Origin: the human T2T-CHM13v2.0 reference genome, Homo sapiens
Length of the DNA: 64,000 nt
Reading direction: 5' to 3' (one strand)
Assembly (NCBI RefSeq): GCF_009914755.1
Contig: NC_060925.1
Shown here: piece by piece, positions 1-16,460 of the stretch
Layout: each line of letters starts with the position of its first letter
How positions within the stretch are numbered: the first letter of the stretch is position 1
Made by a program: the position numbers and the translations under genes
Notes under the pieces: model-generated
Seen by the model: the letters and a program-made list of their open reading frames with translations, nothing else
Database searches by the model: none
What the model was told of the DNA's origin: nothing

Positions 1-426
1 TGTACCGAGGTAGGGCTGTCCTGAGCTCGCCTCTCCTCTTCCATGGTGAAGAGCACTTAGAAGAGGGTAGGGACATTGGGGAAGAGGGCTGTGGAAAGGG
101 AAGAAACTCTTTTTTCTTTTTGTCACTTAAATGGTGACAGAGCCTTGCTCTTAGACTTCCTTTTAGTCACAGAAGAGATTTGTTGGGTCTCCATCAGCTC
201 TGGCACATGGAGCCCCATGATGCAGGCCCAGGTGCAGCTCTGGAGGAGCAAGAGAAGCAGAGCTTGGTGATGTGGCTCCCCATGATCACCCAGGCCCCTG
301 GCTCTACTGTCTTGGGGTGTGCCCTGCCTGGTGGGGAGTGAGTGGGCTGCATATCCCTGTTGGGGTTGGGGAAGAACTTTTCTGGCTGCCTTGCAGGGAG
401 GAGTCTGCCCTTCACCATCCTCCACA

Positions 427-581
427 TAGTGCTTCTCAGTCCTCCACATGCACACAGATCACCTGGGATCTTGTTAAAATGCAGGTTCAGAATCAGCAGG
501 TCTGGACTGGGTTTGAGATTCTGCTTTTCCAACAAGGTCCCAGGTAATGCCAGTACTGCCCATCTGCAAACTGCACTTTGA
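427..581. mobile_element. MER5-family hAT-Charlie MITE
   Basis: ATCACCTGGGATCTTGTTAAAATGCAG...GAGATTCTGCTTTTCCAACAAGGTCCCAGGTAATGC matches the MER5A/B core. Confidence 0.75.
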
Positions 582-597
582 TGGACAAGGCCCTACG

Positions 598-777
598 CAT
601 GGGTTCTCAACCCTGCCAACATGGTAACATCACTTGGGGAGATCTTACAATATGCTGATACCTGAGACCCAACCTGTACCAAATAAATTGCAATCTCTGA
701 GGGTTGGGTCTAGGTACTGGGATGTTGTAAAGGCCTTCCAGGTAATTCTACTATATAGCCCAATCTGAGAACCACTG
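598..777. mobile_element. MER5-family hAT-Charlie MITE, second adjacent copy
   Basis: Ends GGGTTCTCAA ... TGAGAACCACTG resemble MER5 terminal inverted repeats; internal CACTTGGGGAGATCTTACAA. Confidence 0.75.
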
Positions 778-1499
778 GACAGTTTTTCTCCTCCTTCTGC
801 TGTGCTTTTCACGTGGCTATATCTTCTTTACAACAAGAGACTATAAGTGGCTTGAAGTCAGAGAATGTCTTACAGCATATTACTAACACCTGCACCACAG
901 TAGTAGTAGTTCTCTGATGTGTGGGTGGTTAGTTCGGTTGATTACAACATGATGCCAAGGGCTCTGTCACTTGGTGCCACAACTACCACTTGCACAACTA
1001 CCACTGCCCTGGCCACCACTCCTGTAGATCCACCATCACCCATGAGGGATCAAAGAATGCAGCTGGCTTAGAGCAGGCTAGCTCTACTCTTGGAATAGTG
1101 ACTCTAAGTGGGTGTCCAGTGCCTGGAACTAAGTCAACTTTCAGTAAATATATACCAAATGGATGATTATTCCAGTGGTGGGGAGGGCAGAGACTGAATT
1201 AGGGATCAGAAGACTGGGGCTAAAGTGACTAGCACAAACTGTTCAACCTTCCTTTGCTTTCATTTTCTCAGTTGTAAAATGAGGATACTAATGCCCACTT
1301 AATAGGGTGATTTAAGTAATCGTAGAGAAGTGGTCCTGTAGATGCTAGTGTTTTACAGATAAATGATTGTATAAGAATTCATTTCCAAAGTGGCAGGGCT
1401 AAGCTATAATGTTAACCCTCTGACTCACGTCCTAACGACCCTTTGGGGTCTCACTATGTGTGCCTGCATCTACAGAATAACAAGAAGGCTATGGGACAT

Positions 1500-1690
1500 G
1501 CAATTGACTGGACACCTACTCTGTATCAGTGACTGTCCTAGATGCTTGACTTTGTCATCTCATTGACTCATCACAACCCTGATTAAACGTTATTATTCCC
1601 ATTACACTGAGAAAATGGAAGCTCAGAAGGGGAACCACCTTGCCCCACATAGCACATGGGTGTGTCTGATTCCAAAGTCTCCTAATCCCA
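1500..1690 (-). mobile_element. MIR SINE fragment
   Basis: TTATTATTCCCATTACACTGAGAAAATGGAAGCTCAGA is a degenerate MIR core, antisense. Confidence 0.65.
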
Positions 1691-3644
1691 GCTCATTACC
1701 CATTGGGAAACTCTGGGTTCCAGCACGAGTTGATGATCCCTTTGTTTGAGAAGCCTCCTTGTTTGGCTGTTGCTTGTATTAGTTAGTGAGATAAGAGTCT
1801 GAGTATCACAGAGATTCCAATCTTCTGTTAGGGAATGTTAGGATCTGACAGCATGGGAGCTTTGTGAGTCTTAGCCAACACCATACCATAAAGCCACTGT
1901 TCAGTGCTCTTGAGGCCCTGAGGCTGAGGCTGTGACATCTTCCCCATAGAAGAATCACCACCTGCCACCACTGTCCCCTCTCTGCTTGACAGAGCCATTG
2001 AACCCAGCATTGGTCTGTTTCACTTACAGGTTTACTTTTGATTGTGGTATTAAAAGAAAATGGGAACATACAAGGGGGACAACCCCATGAGCCTTCCCTA
2101 ACCATCTTACTTCCAGGTGTGTTGTCAACAGAATGTTTATATCACCTGGTGCCAGTCCCCCCATCCTGAGGGGTCGGTGACTCCTCTCCTCCAGTAGGTT
2201 TAGCACTGAGATGAGGTCTGATGTCTGCTCTCCTCCTGTCCACCCCTTTGGCTTCAGCTGTGATGCTATTGCAAGGGCACTTCCTGGCAGAAGTCACCCT
2301 AGCTAAGCTCTTCAGTAAAAGGAAACAGGAAGGGTTGATTTGCATGGTCTGACCAGTTAGCGGGTGGAGCCCCAGTCCAGGTGCTTATACATCTATACCT
2401 GGAGTAGATCTTTATCTCAAGACCTTATTAGGTATTTGCTGAGGCTAACTGAACCCACACTGAAAAGAGAACAATATATAGCTTACCAGACTGGAAACTC
2501 AAGCCTGACTACCTAGGAACTGCAGATATGCAATGGGCTTCCAATATACATTTCTAATGCTTCTCCCTGAGGTCTGACTAAGCATATCTGGTCCACATTT
2601 GTTCTCTTGATATCTTCTAATTTGGCTGATTCTTCTCTTATGTATTTCCTGAAATTCTTCAGGGCCAGTTTTACACCACCCAGAACTTTCTTAAGCTTTG
2701 CTTATGAATTGTTCAAAGTTTACTTAAAGTACAGAGTGTTTAAGCACTGTATTGCTTCAATTTGTTCTCTGCTAAGTCCCCGCTTTTACATTGTTGCTTT
2801 CTCCTCCTTTTTTCTCTTTGAGTGTCCCTAGAGCTTTCTCTGTCTGAAAACTCTTTGTCCCATTTTTGAGTGTACATGGTCAGTATGTTGCTCCTCTGGT
2901 TGGAATAGAAACTTCCAGTTAGGCCTGGGCCCAAAACAAATCCCCTGTCACCCAGAAGCCTGGCCCGTTCTGTGTAACACCATTAAATGCTCCATCTGAC
3001 CACAGAGGCCTGGGGTTTTAATGCTTAATCTTTTTATTCCCACTGACCTGTGGTTATTCCAGCACAACCTGTCCTTTTATTTTAGGAATCAGCATGAAGC
3101 CTAGTGGGCTCCTGGGACATGGATGGGCTTCGGGAACTACTGGGGCTTTGATGGGTTTGACTGGTGGGCCCGCAGATTCCTGCCTCCTTTCCTCCTCCAT
3201 CTGGCTGCCCTCAGCAGTGGGGCCATCAGTGTGTTGCCTTGCTCAGACACCTGGGATGGGAGTTGTCTGCCATTGGTGTGGAGGGAAGCTGAGGCTTAAA
3301 GGAATGAATGCTGTATGCTGGGCCCTCCTGGAAGGCTGATGTGGGAGTGGGTCAGGGCTGGGTCAGGTGCTGGCTCCATTCTGAGTCAGACTAGGAAAAT
3401 CCTCTCTGAACACATCCCATGATTCCTCTGTGTTCCTGAAACCTTGACAAATAAAGAGAGAGCTTTTATATGGCACCATAAAAAGTTGCAGCTGGGGCTT
3501 CTGAGAGCAAGAATCCTTTGTTTCTCAGCAGGCTGGTGACATCATCCAGGGCCTACCCAGATGCTGGTGTGTTGGGGACAGACCAATATAGGCCAAGGAC
3601 TACTCAGCAGTGGCTAAAGATATTGTGCTTGCTGGGACTATTTC

Positions 3645-3850
3645 CTTTTTTAATTGAACATGTTATTGAGATGGTTAATCCACTTAAGAAATAATACAGA
3701 GAGATCCTATGTACCTTTATGCAGTTTCTCCCAATGGTAACATCTTGCAAAATCGTAGTACACTCTCGCAACCAGGATATTGATGTTGATATAATCCACT
3801 GATCTTATTTTGACTTTTCTAGTTTTACTTATACTAATTTCTCTGTGTGT
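3645..3850 (-). mobile_element. Old L1 (L1MC/MD-type) 3' end fragment
   Basis: AATAATACAGAGAGATCC...CCCAATGGTAACATCTTGCAAAA...ACCAGGATATTGAT resembles an L1M 3' UTR. Confidence 0.7.
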
Positions 3851-3914
3851 CACTCAGATTGTTTTTGCTCCAAATCATTTGTCTGCCTTCTCCCCTTTCT
3901 TCCCTCTCCAGGTC

Positions 3915-4098
3915 TGTCTCTCTCTCTCCCTTCTCTCCTTCCTTCTTTCCTTCTTCCTTCCTTCCTTCCTTCCTTCCTTCCTTCCTTCCTTCCTTCCTCC
4001 CTCCCTCCCTCCCTCCCTCCCTCCCTCCCTTCCTTCCTCCCTCCCTTCCTCCCTTCCTTTCTCCCTTTCTCTCTTTCTCTCTCTTTCTCTCTTTCTTT
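3915..4098. repeat. Pyrimidine-rich simple repeat (CCTT)n/(CCCT)n/(CT)n, expanded Alu tail
   Basis: About 180 bp of almost pure C/T directly abutting the 3' end of a minus-strand Alu. Confidence 0.95.
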
Positions 4099-4410
4099 CA
4101 CGGAATTTCACTCTTGTTGTCCAGGCTGAAGTGCAAAGGGGTGATCTCGGCTCACCTCACTGCAACCCCTGCCTCCTGGGTTCAAGCGATTCTCCTGCCT
4201 TAGCCTCCCGAGTAGCTGGGATTACAGGCATGCACCACTATGCCCAGCTAATTTTGTATTTTTACAAAATTAGTAGATACGGGGGTTTTTAGTACAGACG
4301 GGGTTTCTCCACGTTGGTCGGGCTGGTCTTGAACTCCTGATCTCAGGTGATCCGCTTGCTTCGGCCTCCCAAAGTGCTGGGATTACAGGCATGAGCCACT
4401 GTGCCTGGCC
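4099..4410 (-). mobile_element. AluS (Sq/Sp-like)
   Basis: Full dimeric Alu, antisense, TTTCACTCTTGTTG start; small internal duplication near the linker. Confidence 0.95.
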
Positions 4411-4469
4411 CCAGGTTTGTTTCTCTAAGGCTACATTGTGCAATGCCAGAGTGCATGCATCTGGTCTTG

Positions 4470-4718
4470 GAAATAGAATATGGAGCAAGAGCCAGGGCCC
4501 AGAACCACACTGCCTGGGTTTCCATTTGGCTCTCTGTTCACCAGTTGTGTGATTTCGGCAAATGACTTACATCTTCCCTAATTTTCATTTGTAAAGTGGA
4601 GAGTTAAGTAGGGCTTACCCTTCATGGGTTGTTAGGATTAAAATAAGTAATGCACATGAACCCCTTTGCCTAGTGCCTGGTAAAGTAGAAATGCCCTATG
4701 AAAGTTAGCTGTTGTATT
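4470..4718 (+). mobile_element. MIR SINE, near full length
   Basis: TGCCTGGGTT...AGTTGTGTGATTTCGGCAAATGACTT...TTTGTAAAGTGGAG...AGTGCCTGG...GTTAGCTGTT. Confidence 0.8.
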
Positions 4719-4971
4719 CTTGCCCCACTCCCTTCCTGAGGGTAGCTTCATGCTCTGCCTTATTCAAGTACACCTGATGGCTTTGGTGAGCAACCATAAA
4801 ATGTTTTTGAGCCTCAAATAAGTGCTTAATTGTACGCTAGATACTGTGGGTATTACAGTGGAGACAAAGAGGCAGTTTTTGCCTAAAAAGCCCTTATATT
4901 CCAGTAGAGAAAGTATGCCAGGCATCCATGCATGGTAAAGATAACTACACAGGTACTAAAGGACAACTGCA

Positions 4972-6275
<1,304 letters not shown>

Positions 6276-6448
6276 TTGCTCCCAATAAGCTCATGAGGTT
6301 ATGGCTCCACGGGGGAAGGGGCTGGAATTCGGAAGAAATGGACAATCCAGTTATCCTCAAGCCCTGATTGCCTTCATGCTGGCCACACCTACAGGGACAA
6401 AGGATGGAAGGAGGAAGGGATGACTTCTGATTTAAAAATGGGGCCCAT

Positions 6449-6587
6449 GGCTGGGCGCCGTGGCTCACACCTGTAATCCCAGCATTTTGGGAGGCTGAGG
6501 TGGGAGGATTGCTTGAGCCCAGGAGTTTGAGGCCAGCCAGAGCAAGACAGTGAGAAGTGAGATCCTGTCTATACAAAAAAAAAAAAA
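6449..6587 (+). mobile_element. FLAM / free left Alu monomer
   Basis: Single left-arm monomer followed directly by poly(A). Confidence 0.85.
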
Positions 6588-7311
6588 GAGGGCCAGGGAG
6601 GGTAAGGAGACTGACACAAGAAGGTTAGTCAACAAAACAGGTAGAAGTGAGGTGTTATGTTTCAGAGTAGGGAATTGGAATCCGTTTCTCATAGTAAGCC
6701 ATTTTCCTGTGATCTAATTGTGTCCTTATACCCTTGTTCCACCAGGTTAATACACTAAGCCAATATATTATTTCCTCCATAAAGATGGGGAAACTAATGC
6801 ACAGAGAGCTTGGTGGCCATTTGGGAGTGCGGCATGAATTAGGGTGGGGCCATGCCATGGTAGCCATCTCCTGACTTTGGCCTGTGGATTTCTAGCCTAG
6901 TTCTCTCCTGGGCCTCTGTGACCCAGGTCTCAGCTGATATCTAGCCTGAGGTAAGCTCTGGATTCCTAGGTGGGGGATGGAGGGTAATCCACCCAATGTA
7001 AGACCTCTTCCAGATCAAGCAGACCTGGCACAGAGAACCACGTGACCATCACTGCACCCTCCCGGCTGTGGCAGGGTTCCAAGCCCTGGTCTCAACAGCC
7101 ACGGGACTTGGTGGCCAAGCCTGGGAAGAGCCCATTGTCTTCTTGCATCACCACTGGCTGTGTGGCTGCTGGCTAGCTTGCTTGTTCATTATTTGTTTTG
7201 TGGAGGCTGCCCTGAGTCCTATATTCAGCCACAGCTGGGCAGCTGGCACTTGCTCAACTTTTGCCCCAGTCTACCCTAGAATCTCAGTGGTGCTAATGGA
7301 AGACTGCTGCC

Positions 7312-7359
7312 TGTGTGTGTGTACGCGTGTGTGTGTGTGTGTGTGTGTGTGTGGTGTGT
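7312..7359. repeat. (TG)n microsatellite, interrupted
   Basis: Direct reading of the sequence. Confidence 0.95.
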
Positions 7360-8610
7360 AGGAGAAGAGGGAGAAAAGAAGGTGTTAAGCCTCCTGAAAA
7401 GGTAGGAGATTTCTGTCTCCACTGGGGGCCTGGTTTTGGGTTGAGAGAACTCAGATGTGTATAAATTGACCTTGGTTATTTGCCTTAACCACCAGTGGGA
7501 GGACACATGGGTGGTCATGGGGTCTAAGTGTGAGTGGCCTGTGACTACCCCATCCTGGCTATTGTCATAGCAGCAGCAACAGTAGTAATAATAATAGTTA
7601 AGTTAAAATAATGGCAGCTACCAGATATTCAAAGCTTACTATGTGCTAGACAATGTCCTAAGTGCTTTAAATAGATACTATCTCACTCCACATTCTACTT
7701 ACGACATTTTTTCAGCTGCCCTGTTTTCCAGGCAAGAAAGTGAAGCACAGGGCTACCTTCCCATCTGGTAGCCCAGGGTTCTCTAGCCCTGATCTATTTG
7801 TAGGATACCTTTGCTTCCCCATGCCCCTCCACCTGCCTACCTAGGCTGCCTATGTGAGACAGTGAGGAAGGAAGGGCAGGTCTACTTCTCTTCTTACCTT
7901 GGGGCTGCTGACTTGCTCCGACTACAGAGACTCCTCCTGGCTCTTTCCCAAGGCTACCAGCCTCTTTTCCTTTATGTCTGCTCACTCATTGGCTATGCAT
8001 TTGGGAAGTCAGGGGGTTGCAGAGGACGTGACTCTCTCCTGCCATTCCCCCTCCTCTACCTTTTTTCTCCAGAAAATTCCACAAACCCAGTGGGTTAAAA
8101 GTGGCTCCTCCTTGGCCCTGTGTTTGATCCACTGCCATCTCTGTTTGGAGGCAGGCCACTTTATATTTTACTTCTTTTCCCATGAGCGGTGGGCATGGGT
8201 GGTGAGGGGAATATTGTTCAGTTCCTCTGTTTGTCCCATTCTGAAGTGAAAGCTCACAGGATCCCTCCGGGTCAGAGGAGTTCAAGGACATTAGTCACAG
8301 TTAATGGTGTTGATAAGAAGATGGATATAAAGAGAGGGTGGAGGGCAGTTTGGGGTGGCAGTAGGGAACTCACCTCTGGCTCTGCTTTTGTCTTCCCATT
8401 ACCCCTTTGTACTGGAAACAGTGATAATTCCCCCATTTCCCAGCAGGAAACACTGAGACTTAGAAGGGCCCCAGGAGGGAAGCCTGGAGAACTCGTCCTT
8501 TCCCTCTCATCCATTCTCTGTCCAGGAGCTGACACTGCCTCTTAGCAGGTGCTCAGTTGGTCAGGCCCAGTGAGTTAGATGCAGTCCCCTTTTTCATCAC
8601 TTTTGGCAAT

Positions 8611-8897
8611 TTTGTATTTTTTGAAACAGGATCTTGCTCTGTCACCCAGGCTGGAGTGCAGTGGCGCAATTACAGCTCACTGAGGCCTCAACTTCCCCAG
8701 TTAAGTGATCCTCTCACCTCAGCCTCCTAAGTAGCTAGGACCACAGGCATGTGCCACCATGTTTAGCTAATTATTTTTTTTAAGAGACGGGATCTCCCTA
8801 TATTGCTCAGGCTGGTCTCAAACTCCTGGGTTCAAGCGAACCTCCTGCCTTGGCTTCCCAAAGTGTTGTGATTACAGGCATAAGCCACCACACCCGG
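8611..8897 (-). mobile_element. AluJ
   Basis: Antisense dimeric Alu with J-type diagnostics. Confidence 0.9.
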
Positions 8898-9762
8898 TGC
8901 GAATTTTATTAAAGTGAGACATACAGTAAAGTACACAGATTTATACTTTCTACTTTTTAAATGTTATTTGTCTGATTATAAAGGTAAAAATCATAAACTT
9001 TGAAAAGTGACAATCAAAAAACCCCAGTTGCTTGGGAATAGCAACCGTTAATATTTTATGTGTACTTTTTCTGTTGGTCTTCTAATTTGAGAGTTGTTGC
9101 TAGAATCTGGCTGTTGGGAACAGAGCAAATAAGGACAGGGGTCATGGAGAGCTCGTTGCCCTCTTCTCAGGATGTTTCCCGGTTACAACCCAGCTTCTGA
9201 TCTTCACCTGCAGCTTAGAAGCAAAGCGTTCATTATCATCCCTACCCCAGCTGTTAATAAGTTAAATAATCTGCGATAATACCACAGAGGCCATTATTTA
9301 TTGAACAGCCTGCTTTGTTCAAAATACAAAAGTCAAGTTTGACATGTGGAATGAGATTCCTAGGGCTTGGAGGCAGGCCTGTCCCTGGGGACACCAGTTG
9401 GCCTAAGTGAATTCTGTGTGCTCACACACCTCTGTTAATAGATTGGTGTCTACCTTCAGTCTGCTTCTTAGGCCTCCCTTTGGGGCTTGTGATCAAAGCC
9501 AGAGGGTGGGAGCCCTGAATGGGAAGATGTGACCCCATTCGTGGACTTAGCAGCCTCAACCATGTGTGTTTGAGCCTCTCTACCGAAACTAGCTTCTGCT
9601 GGGGCCTTGAGTTATTTTATGTGAAGTGCTCACAAGAGTGCTTGGCACATTTTGAGAACCTTGTGTTAGCGAATACCATCACCATCAAGGTCACCATCAT
9701 CTCCTTATCCAGGCTGGGATAGAAACTGTCAGAGCTTCAAGAGACGTTAAAAACAGTCTCTT

Positions 9763-9952
9763 CTGTGGTTCTCATGCTTTAGCCTGCATCTGAGGCACTG
9801 GGGGGGCTTGTTAGAACATGGATTGCTGGGCCCTGCCCACACAGTTTCTGAGGCAATAGGTATGGGGTGGGGGCCAAGAATGTGTGTTTCTGACAGGTTC
9901 ACAGGTTCTGCTGATGCTGCTGGTCCAGGGACCACACTTGGAGAGCCATTAG
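9763..9952. mobile_element. MER5A hAT MITE
   Basis: CTGTGGTTCTCA...GATTGCTGGGCCC...GCTGATGCTGCTGGTCCAGGGACCACACTT. Confidence 0.85.
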
Positions 9953-10827
9953 TCCAATTCCCTCATTTTGCAAGTGGGGGCCTGAGGGAAAGAACTCAGT
10001 AGGAAGCTTAATACTGTTTGGTTTCAGAGCTAGAACCAAACCCAGGTCTGCAGCCCAGTGCTTTAACCACATGATGTTCTGGTCATCCATCCCCCTGGAA
10101 GTGCCCGCAGTTGGGTGGTAAGGGACTGCCTTCCCAAGAGTGAAATAGTTTCAACTCTGGAAAGCAAGCAAGAGCAGGCACAGCAGGCCTCTGAGGGCCA
10201 GGAGTCCCAATCCTAACCCTGCTGTGGTCTCTCTTTTATGATGTTGGGTCATTCATCCATGTATGTATCCAAGAAGCATTTACTGATTAATTACCTTCTG
10301 TGGGAAAAAAGCTGTGTCTGGCACTGTGACGGTACTTAGACAAACAGGACGTAGGAACATCTCTTTCTGTTCAATCCCATGGTGCTGCCGTTTCCTGCAG
10401 TGGGCTCTGGAACCTTCTCCCGAGGGGCACACAGTGAGAAGAGAGGACTTGGAGTAAGGAGACTGGATACTAATCCTTGCTCTGCTCTGACTTAATGGGT
10501 GGCCCCAGGTGACCTCTCTAGGCCTCAGTTTCTTCATTAGAAAATTCTGTGAGGCAATGAGTGAAGTGATGGTGAACAGAACTCCTTTCCCAGCCTGAGA
10601 TTTTACAACTCTGGGGGCTTTCAAATAGCTTGTAATGGCAGCTGTCTTGGTTTCAATTTTTAATCATTTATTTAGTACCTTGTCCCATGTTTTCTTCCTT
10701 AATATGGAACAGACTGGACTCTCCTTGTGTATAAGGTGTGAGGAGCTAGAGGAGACAAGATGCCTCTCATGCTTCCACCTCTCAGGTGTCTTGTTATCTG
10801 CTGAACACTGCCAACTGCAGTGGTGGT

Positions 10828-11210
10828 TGATACAGCTTGGCTCTGTGTCCCCATCTAAATCTCATCTCAAATTGTGATCCCCACATGTCAGAGGAGGGGC
10901 CTGGTGGGAGGTGATTGAATCATGGGCACAGACGTCCCCCTTGCTATTCTTGTGATAGTGAGTGAGTTCTCACGAGATCTGATGGTTTAAAAGTGTATGG
11001 CACTTCTCCTTTGTGCGCTCTGTCTCCTGCTCCGCCATGGTAAGACGCGCTTGCTTCCTGTTCACCTTCCGCCATGACTGTAAGTTTCCTGAGGCCTCCC
11101 AGCCATGCTTCTGTACAGCCTGTGGAACTGTGAGTCAACTAAACCTCTTTCTTCATAAATCACCTAGTCTCAGATAGTTCTTTATAGCAGTGTGAGAATG
11201 GATTCATACA
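10828..11210 (+). mobile_element. MaLR solo LTR (THE1D/MSTA-type)
   Basis: TGATA...ATACA termini, 383 bp, perfect 5-bp TSD GTGGT (10823-10827 and 11211-11215), typical THE1/MST body. Confidence 0.92.
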
Positions 11211-11215
11211 GTGGT

Positions 11216-12270
<1,055 letters not shown>

Positions 12271-12541
12271 CAATCTCCAGGATTCTGGCTTTGATGCTCT
12301 GGAATTCTAAGATGGTACAGGGTCTGAAAATCATGAAGAACAGGTGAGTATAGTAGTTTTCTAGGAGTGAGGGATGTAATGTGCCCCCCATGCCCTAGGA
12401 TTGTTGTTAGAAACAGGATTAGACACAGTCTTTAAGAGTCTACATAGCAGAACTAAAATCAGAGAGCAGCTTTCTGTCTAGTTTATCCAAGAACTTTCTA
12501 ATCATGGGAATCACTGGATATTAGAATTGGAAGGAGCATTA

Positions 12542-13001
<460 letters not shown>

Positions 13002-16000
13002 TCATGGCTGGAGCCTTCCTGAGGCTCAGAAATGAGCATGGCCACATGGGCAGTATTCCCTTCCATCCTCTCCTACCAGCTGAGTTTTCTTTGGCAAAGT
13101 TCAGTCCATAGATGGGTGAGCTCAGGGCCTGGTCCTGGGACTCTGGGGGTACTGCTGTGGCACCATGGAGCTCTCACCAGCCTCCTGGGCTTGCCTCATC
13201 TGGGTGAGCTGGCTTGTGTGTCTTCAGTGACATGAGAATTTTAAGTACATGTTTTGGGGACGGGGGCAGTGACCTTTGAAAGAGAGGCTGACGGTCTGGT
13301 CTGGAGGCAAGTCCCATGGACTTGAATTCAAGACACACCTGGGGCCTTGCCTAGCCCACAGCATCTACTGCCTTGTCAATAGACAGTGTTCCCATGCCAC
13401 CTCCTCCCAGCCTGGCTTGATACTATTATGACCCCACTAACAGATGGGAAGCAATGCTGTGGAAAGCCTAAACCCCAGATAATCTACAACCCACATTTGG
13501 TTTAGGAATGATCTACTGGATGTCATTTCTAAAACATAGATTATCCTTCCTAATTTTTATTTAGTCAAGGCTGAAAAAAATGTTTTAATATACTTGGAGT
13601 CCATATTAGAAGTGGCTAGCCTAGAATGTGTTCAGGCTCAGAAATAAGCTGTCCCAGACCTGAACATTTGCTGCAGATAATTGAGGATTGCTTTTAGTTC
13701 CCCATAATCACATTAGCTCATATTTTTGTATGTTAATCCTCTTCAACTTTAGTTATTTCCTCTGTGTGTATGTGTGTCCCCCATGTCCCCCATTTAGACT
13801 TGACTGGCTTCCCAGAGCTGCAGCCTAGAGCCTTCTTTCTGCATCTCTTCTTACCTAGGGCTTAGTCACTGGCTCCTGTAGTACTTTGAGGTGTAGTTAA
13901 GCGGAAGCCAACTGAAGCATAGGGTTTATAACCTGGAGCCAGTGCTTTGTGTTCTATTCCTATCTGGGGAGACCTTTGTTGGGTATATGTGCATGTGTCC
14001 TAAACACAGCTGTTCACACAGCTGCTATCTCTTGGTATTGTGCCAAACCCATACCAGCCCCCTATATTGCACTGAACTGAGAGAAGACTCTGATGCTCTT
14101 GGCTTGTCCCACTTGGAGAGAGAGAAGGGAGTCCCCATGGTGAAGGTGTGAATGAGTTTCTTAGCTGGGTTTCTCAAAACACCCCTTTCTGCCTGCTATT
14201 CCTACCCATCGGGGCCAGCTAGGCACACCCCTGGGTCTCTCCTGGCAAGGGGGAACCCATCCATAGGGGAGAGAGGGGGAGGAAAGAGACAGGCCACAAG
14301 AGAGCTGATTGTGGGGGCTTCTGCTTGGCTTCTTTTCTGCTCCTCCTTGGGAAGGGCTCCAAGAAAGCCTCCTGCCTGTCTCACAAACCTAGACATAGCC
14401 ATTAGCATAATCTCATAGCTAAATTGTTCACTGACTGCCACTAGGCTGCCCATTCCCCACCCCCACCCACCAGCCTTTTTGCCTGACCTATTCATAGACT
14501 CTCAGCAAGAGCCAAAACTCTTGGCCAGTTATCAATGTCTCTTGTTTGCTCTGTTCCTTGGGTAGTGGGCTCATCAAGGGGATGCACGAGTTGGGGGCTG
14601 TGTGGGAGTAGCCTCACCTACTTCCATCTCTGTCACGTCAGGCCCCTTCATTTTTGGTTGATGCCTAACCCAATAGGTGAATGCCTATCTTGCCAGTAAG
14701 GGAGCTGGCACCTGGGAACTTGGTGTGAGACATAGACCCCGGTTGCGTTGCCTTCCCCCACCCTCCTGACCTGGGAAATCCTCTAAGCTGACCTAATTAC
14801 CTGCAGTAGGGAAAGCATATGGATTCCCAGCAGATGCTGCAGTTTGAGGAGGGAGGGGACCCTGGGACAGGTGGGTGTGTGCATGACTCTGGGATTAACC
14901 CTTTGGCTGCTGCCTCCTTAGGACAGCATCTCCTTTCACTTTGCCATCCTTGTGGGAATGAACAACTCTGGAGTTCTCTCAAGCTGGTTAGCCCTCTCCA
15001 GGGCATTCATCTCTGGGACACAAAGCATCAACTTAGTGCCAACTTAGCACTGACTTGGGGGACTTTCTGCTCCTTTCACTTGGCACTGATCATCAGTAGA
15101 TGGGTCTACTTAGCCAGAAGCCCTAATCTTTGCTTCTTCAAGGTTCCCTGTTCAGTACCCTGGCAAGTCCTTGGTAAGAAGTAGTTTTCCTCTGAGCCCT
15201 CTCCTGGCCTCACTCTGGGCTAATAGCTGCTTCTCCAGACCCAATACCATCAGAGAAGCTGAGATACTTGGGAGTGGTATACAAGGTATCTTCACCCAGC
15301 TCATCACGCAGTGATTGAGTGTGTGCTTTGCTAATAGTGTCTTACATTGTCACAGTGCTCTTTTACTTGCATTGGAGAGCCTCCTTTGAGCTTCCTGACA
15401 GCACTGCAAGGTACTCTTGGGAGCCCTCACAAGGACTCCTGAGACTCAGGCTCCATCAGTGAGTGAGGGATAGAGCCAGGATCTATCTGCTGTCAGTCCA
15501 CCTGACTCCAGCAACAGTGCTCTTCGCACTATCAGAGCTGCTGCATTAGTGTAGATAGAGCATATGTATAATGAGACTTAGCCTCTTACCTCAAGGGCAT
15601 TATCTTAGTTTGGAAGCAAGGTTTACCCATGCAGAAAAAGACTCAAGAATACTATTCCATGCTGAAACACAACTGTATAACTGGGAACCAAGAGACAGCA
15701 ATGGGATTGAGAAGGAGAAAGGCCACTGTTGACTGGAGTCATTGGGGAAGGCTTTGTGGAAAAGGCAGACTTTAAGCTAGACCTTAAAAGATCAATAATA
15801 TTTTGATACATGGTGAAAAAACGAAAAAAGACTTTAGAAATTAGGACCTAGGAAAGACTGTGGTGGGAATGGGGTGGGTGAGATATGGGGAGGAGGAATA
15901 GTAAAGAGACCTCTGAGCACAGGGCAAGGTGTATTATTGAACAGGAGGGCACTGAGCGAGGGCTGAATTCCAAGGTCAAGTCAAACCCAGTTGGACCCAA

Positions 16001-16289
16001 GAGACTGGAGGAGAAGAGGCCAGGGCTGCCTCACACAAGGACCCTTAGAACAGGGACACAATTCTAAAGCATTGCCTTGGACCTCACCCTCCAACCCTTG
16101 CTGCTATGGTCTCACCTGCCCTCCATGCTCCTAGAAGCAGGAGTTTTAGACCCAGAATCCCTGCTTGTTGACATAGCTAGAGATCCAGCAGATATTCTGA
16201 GATCCACTGAATGAGGTCTCTAAAGTGGAAACCATGTAACTGGGATTGGGCAGGAAAAGCTTTCAGGGAGGAGAAGCACAAGAGAAATA

Positions 16290-16460
16290 TTTATGAAAGA
16301 CCATCCTGTTGGACCTTTTATATATGTTTCATTAACTCTTACAATGACCCTATGAAGCAACTATTATCATTATCCCCAGTTCACACAAGAGGAAGCTGAA
16401 GCTCAGAGAGATTAGAGTAACTTGCTCTTGGTGACACCGCCAGTCCACGGCTAGGGCCTT
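16290..16460 (-). mobile_element. MIR fragment
   Basis: ATCCCCAGTTCACACAAGAGGAAGCTGAAGCTCAGAGAGATTAGAGTAACTTGC is the MIR core, antisense. Confidence 0.75.

Noticed and set aside
3810-4292. ORFs with LPSF or EGRK repeats
   Set aside because: These are translations of the (CCTT)n tract and the Alu.
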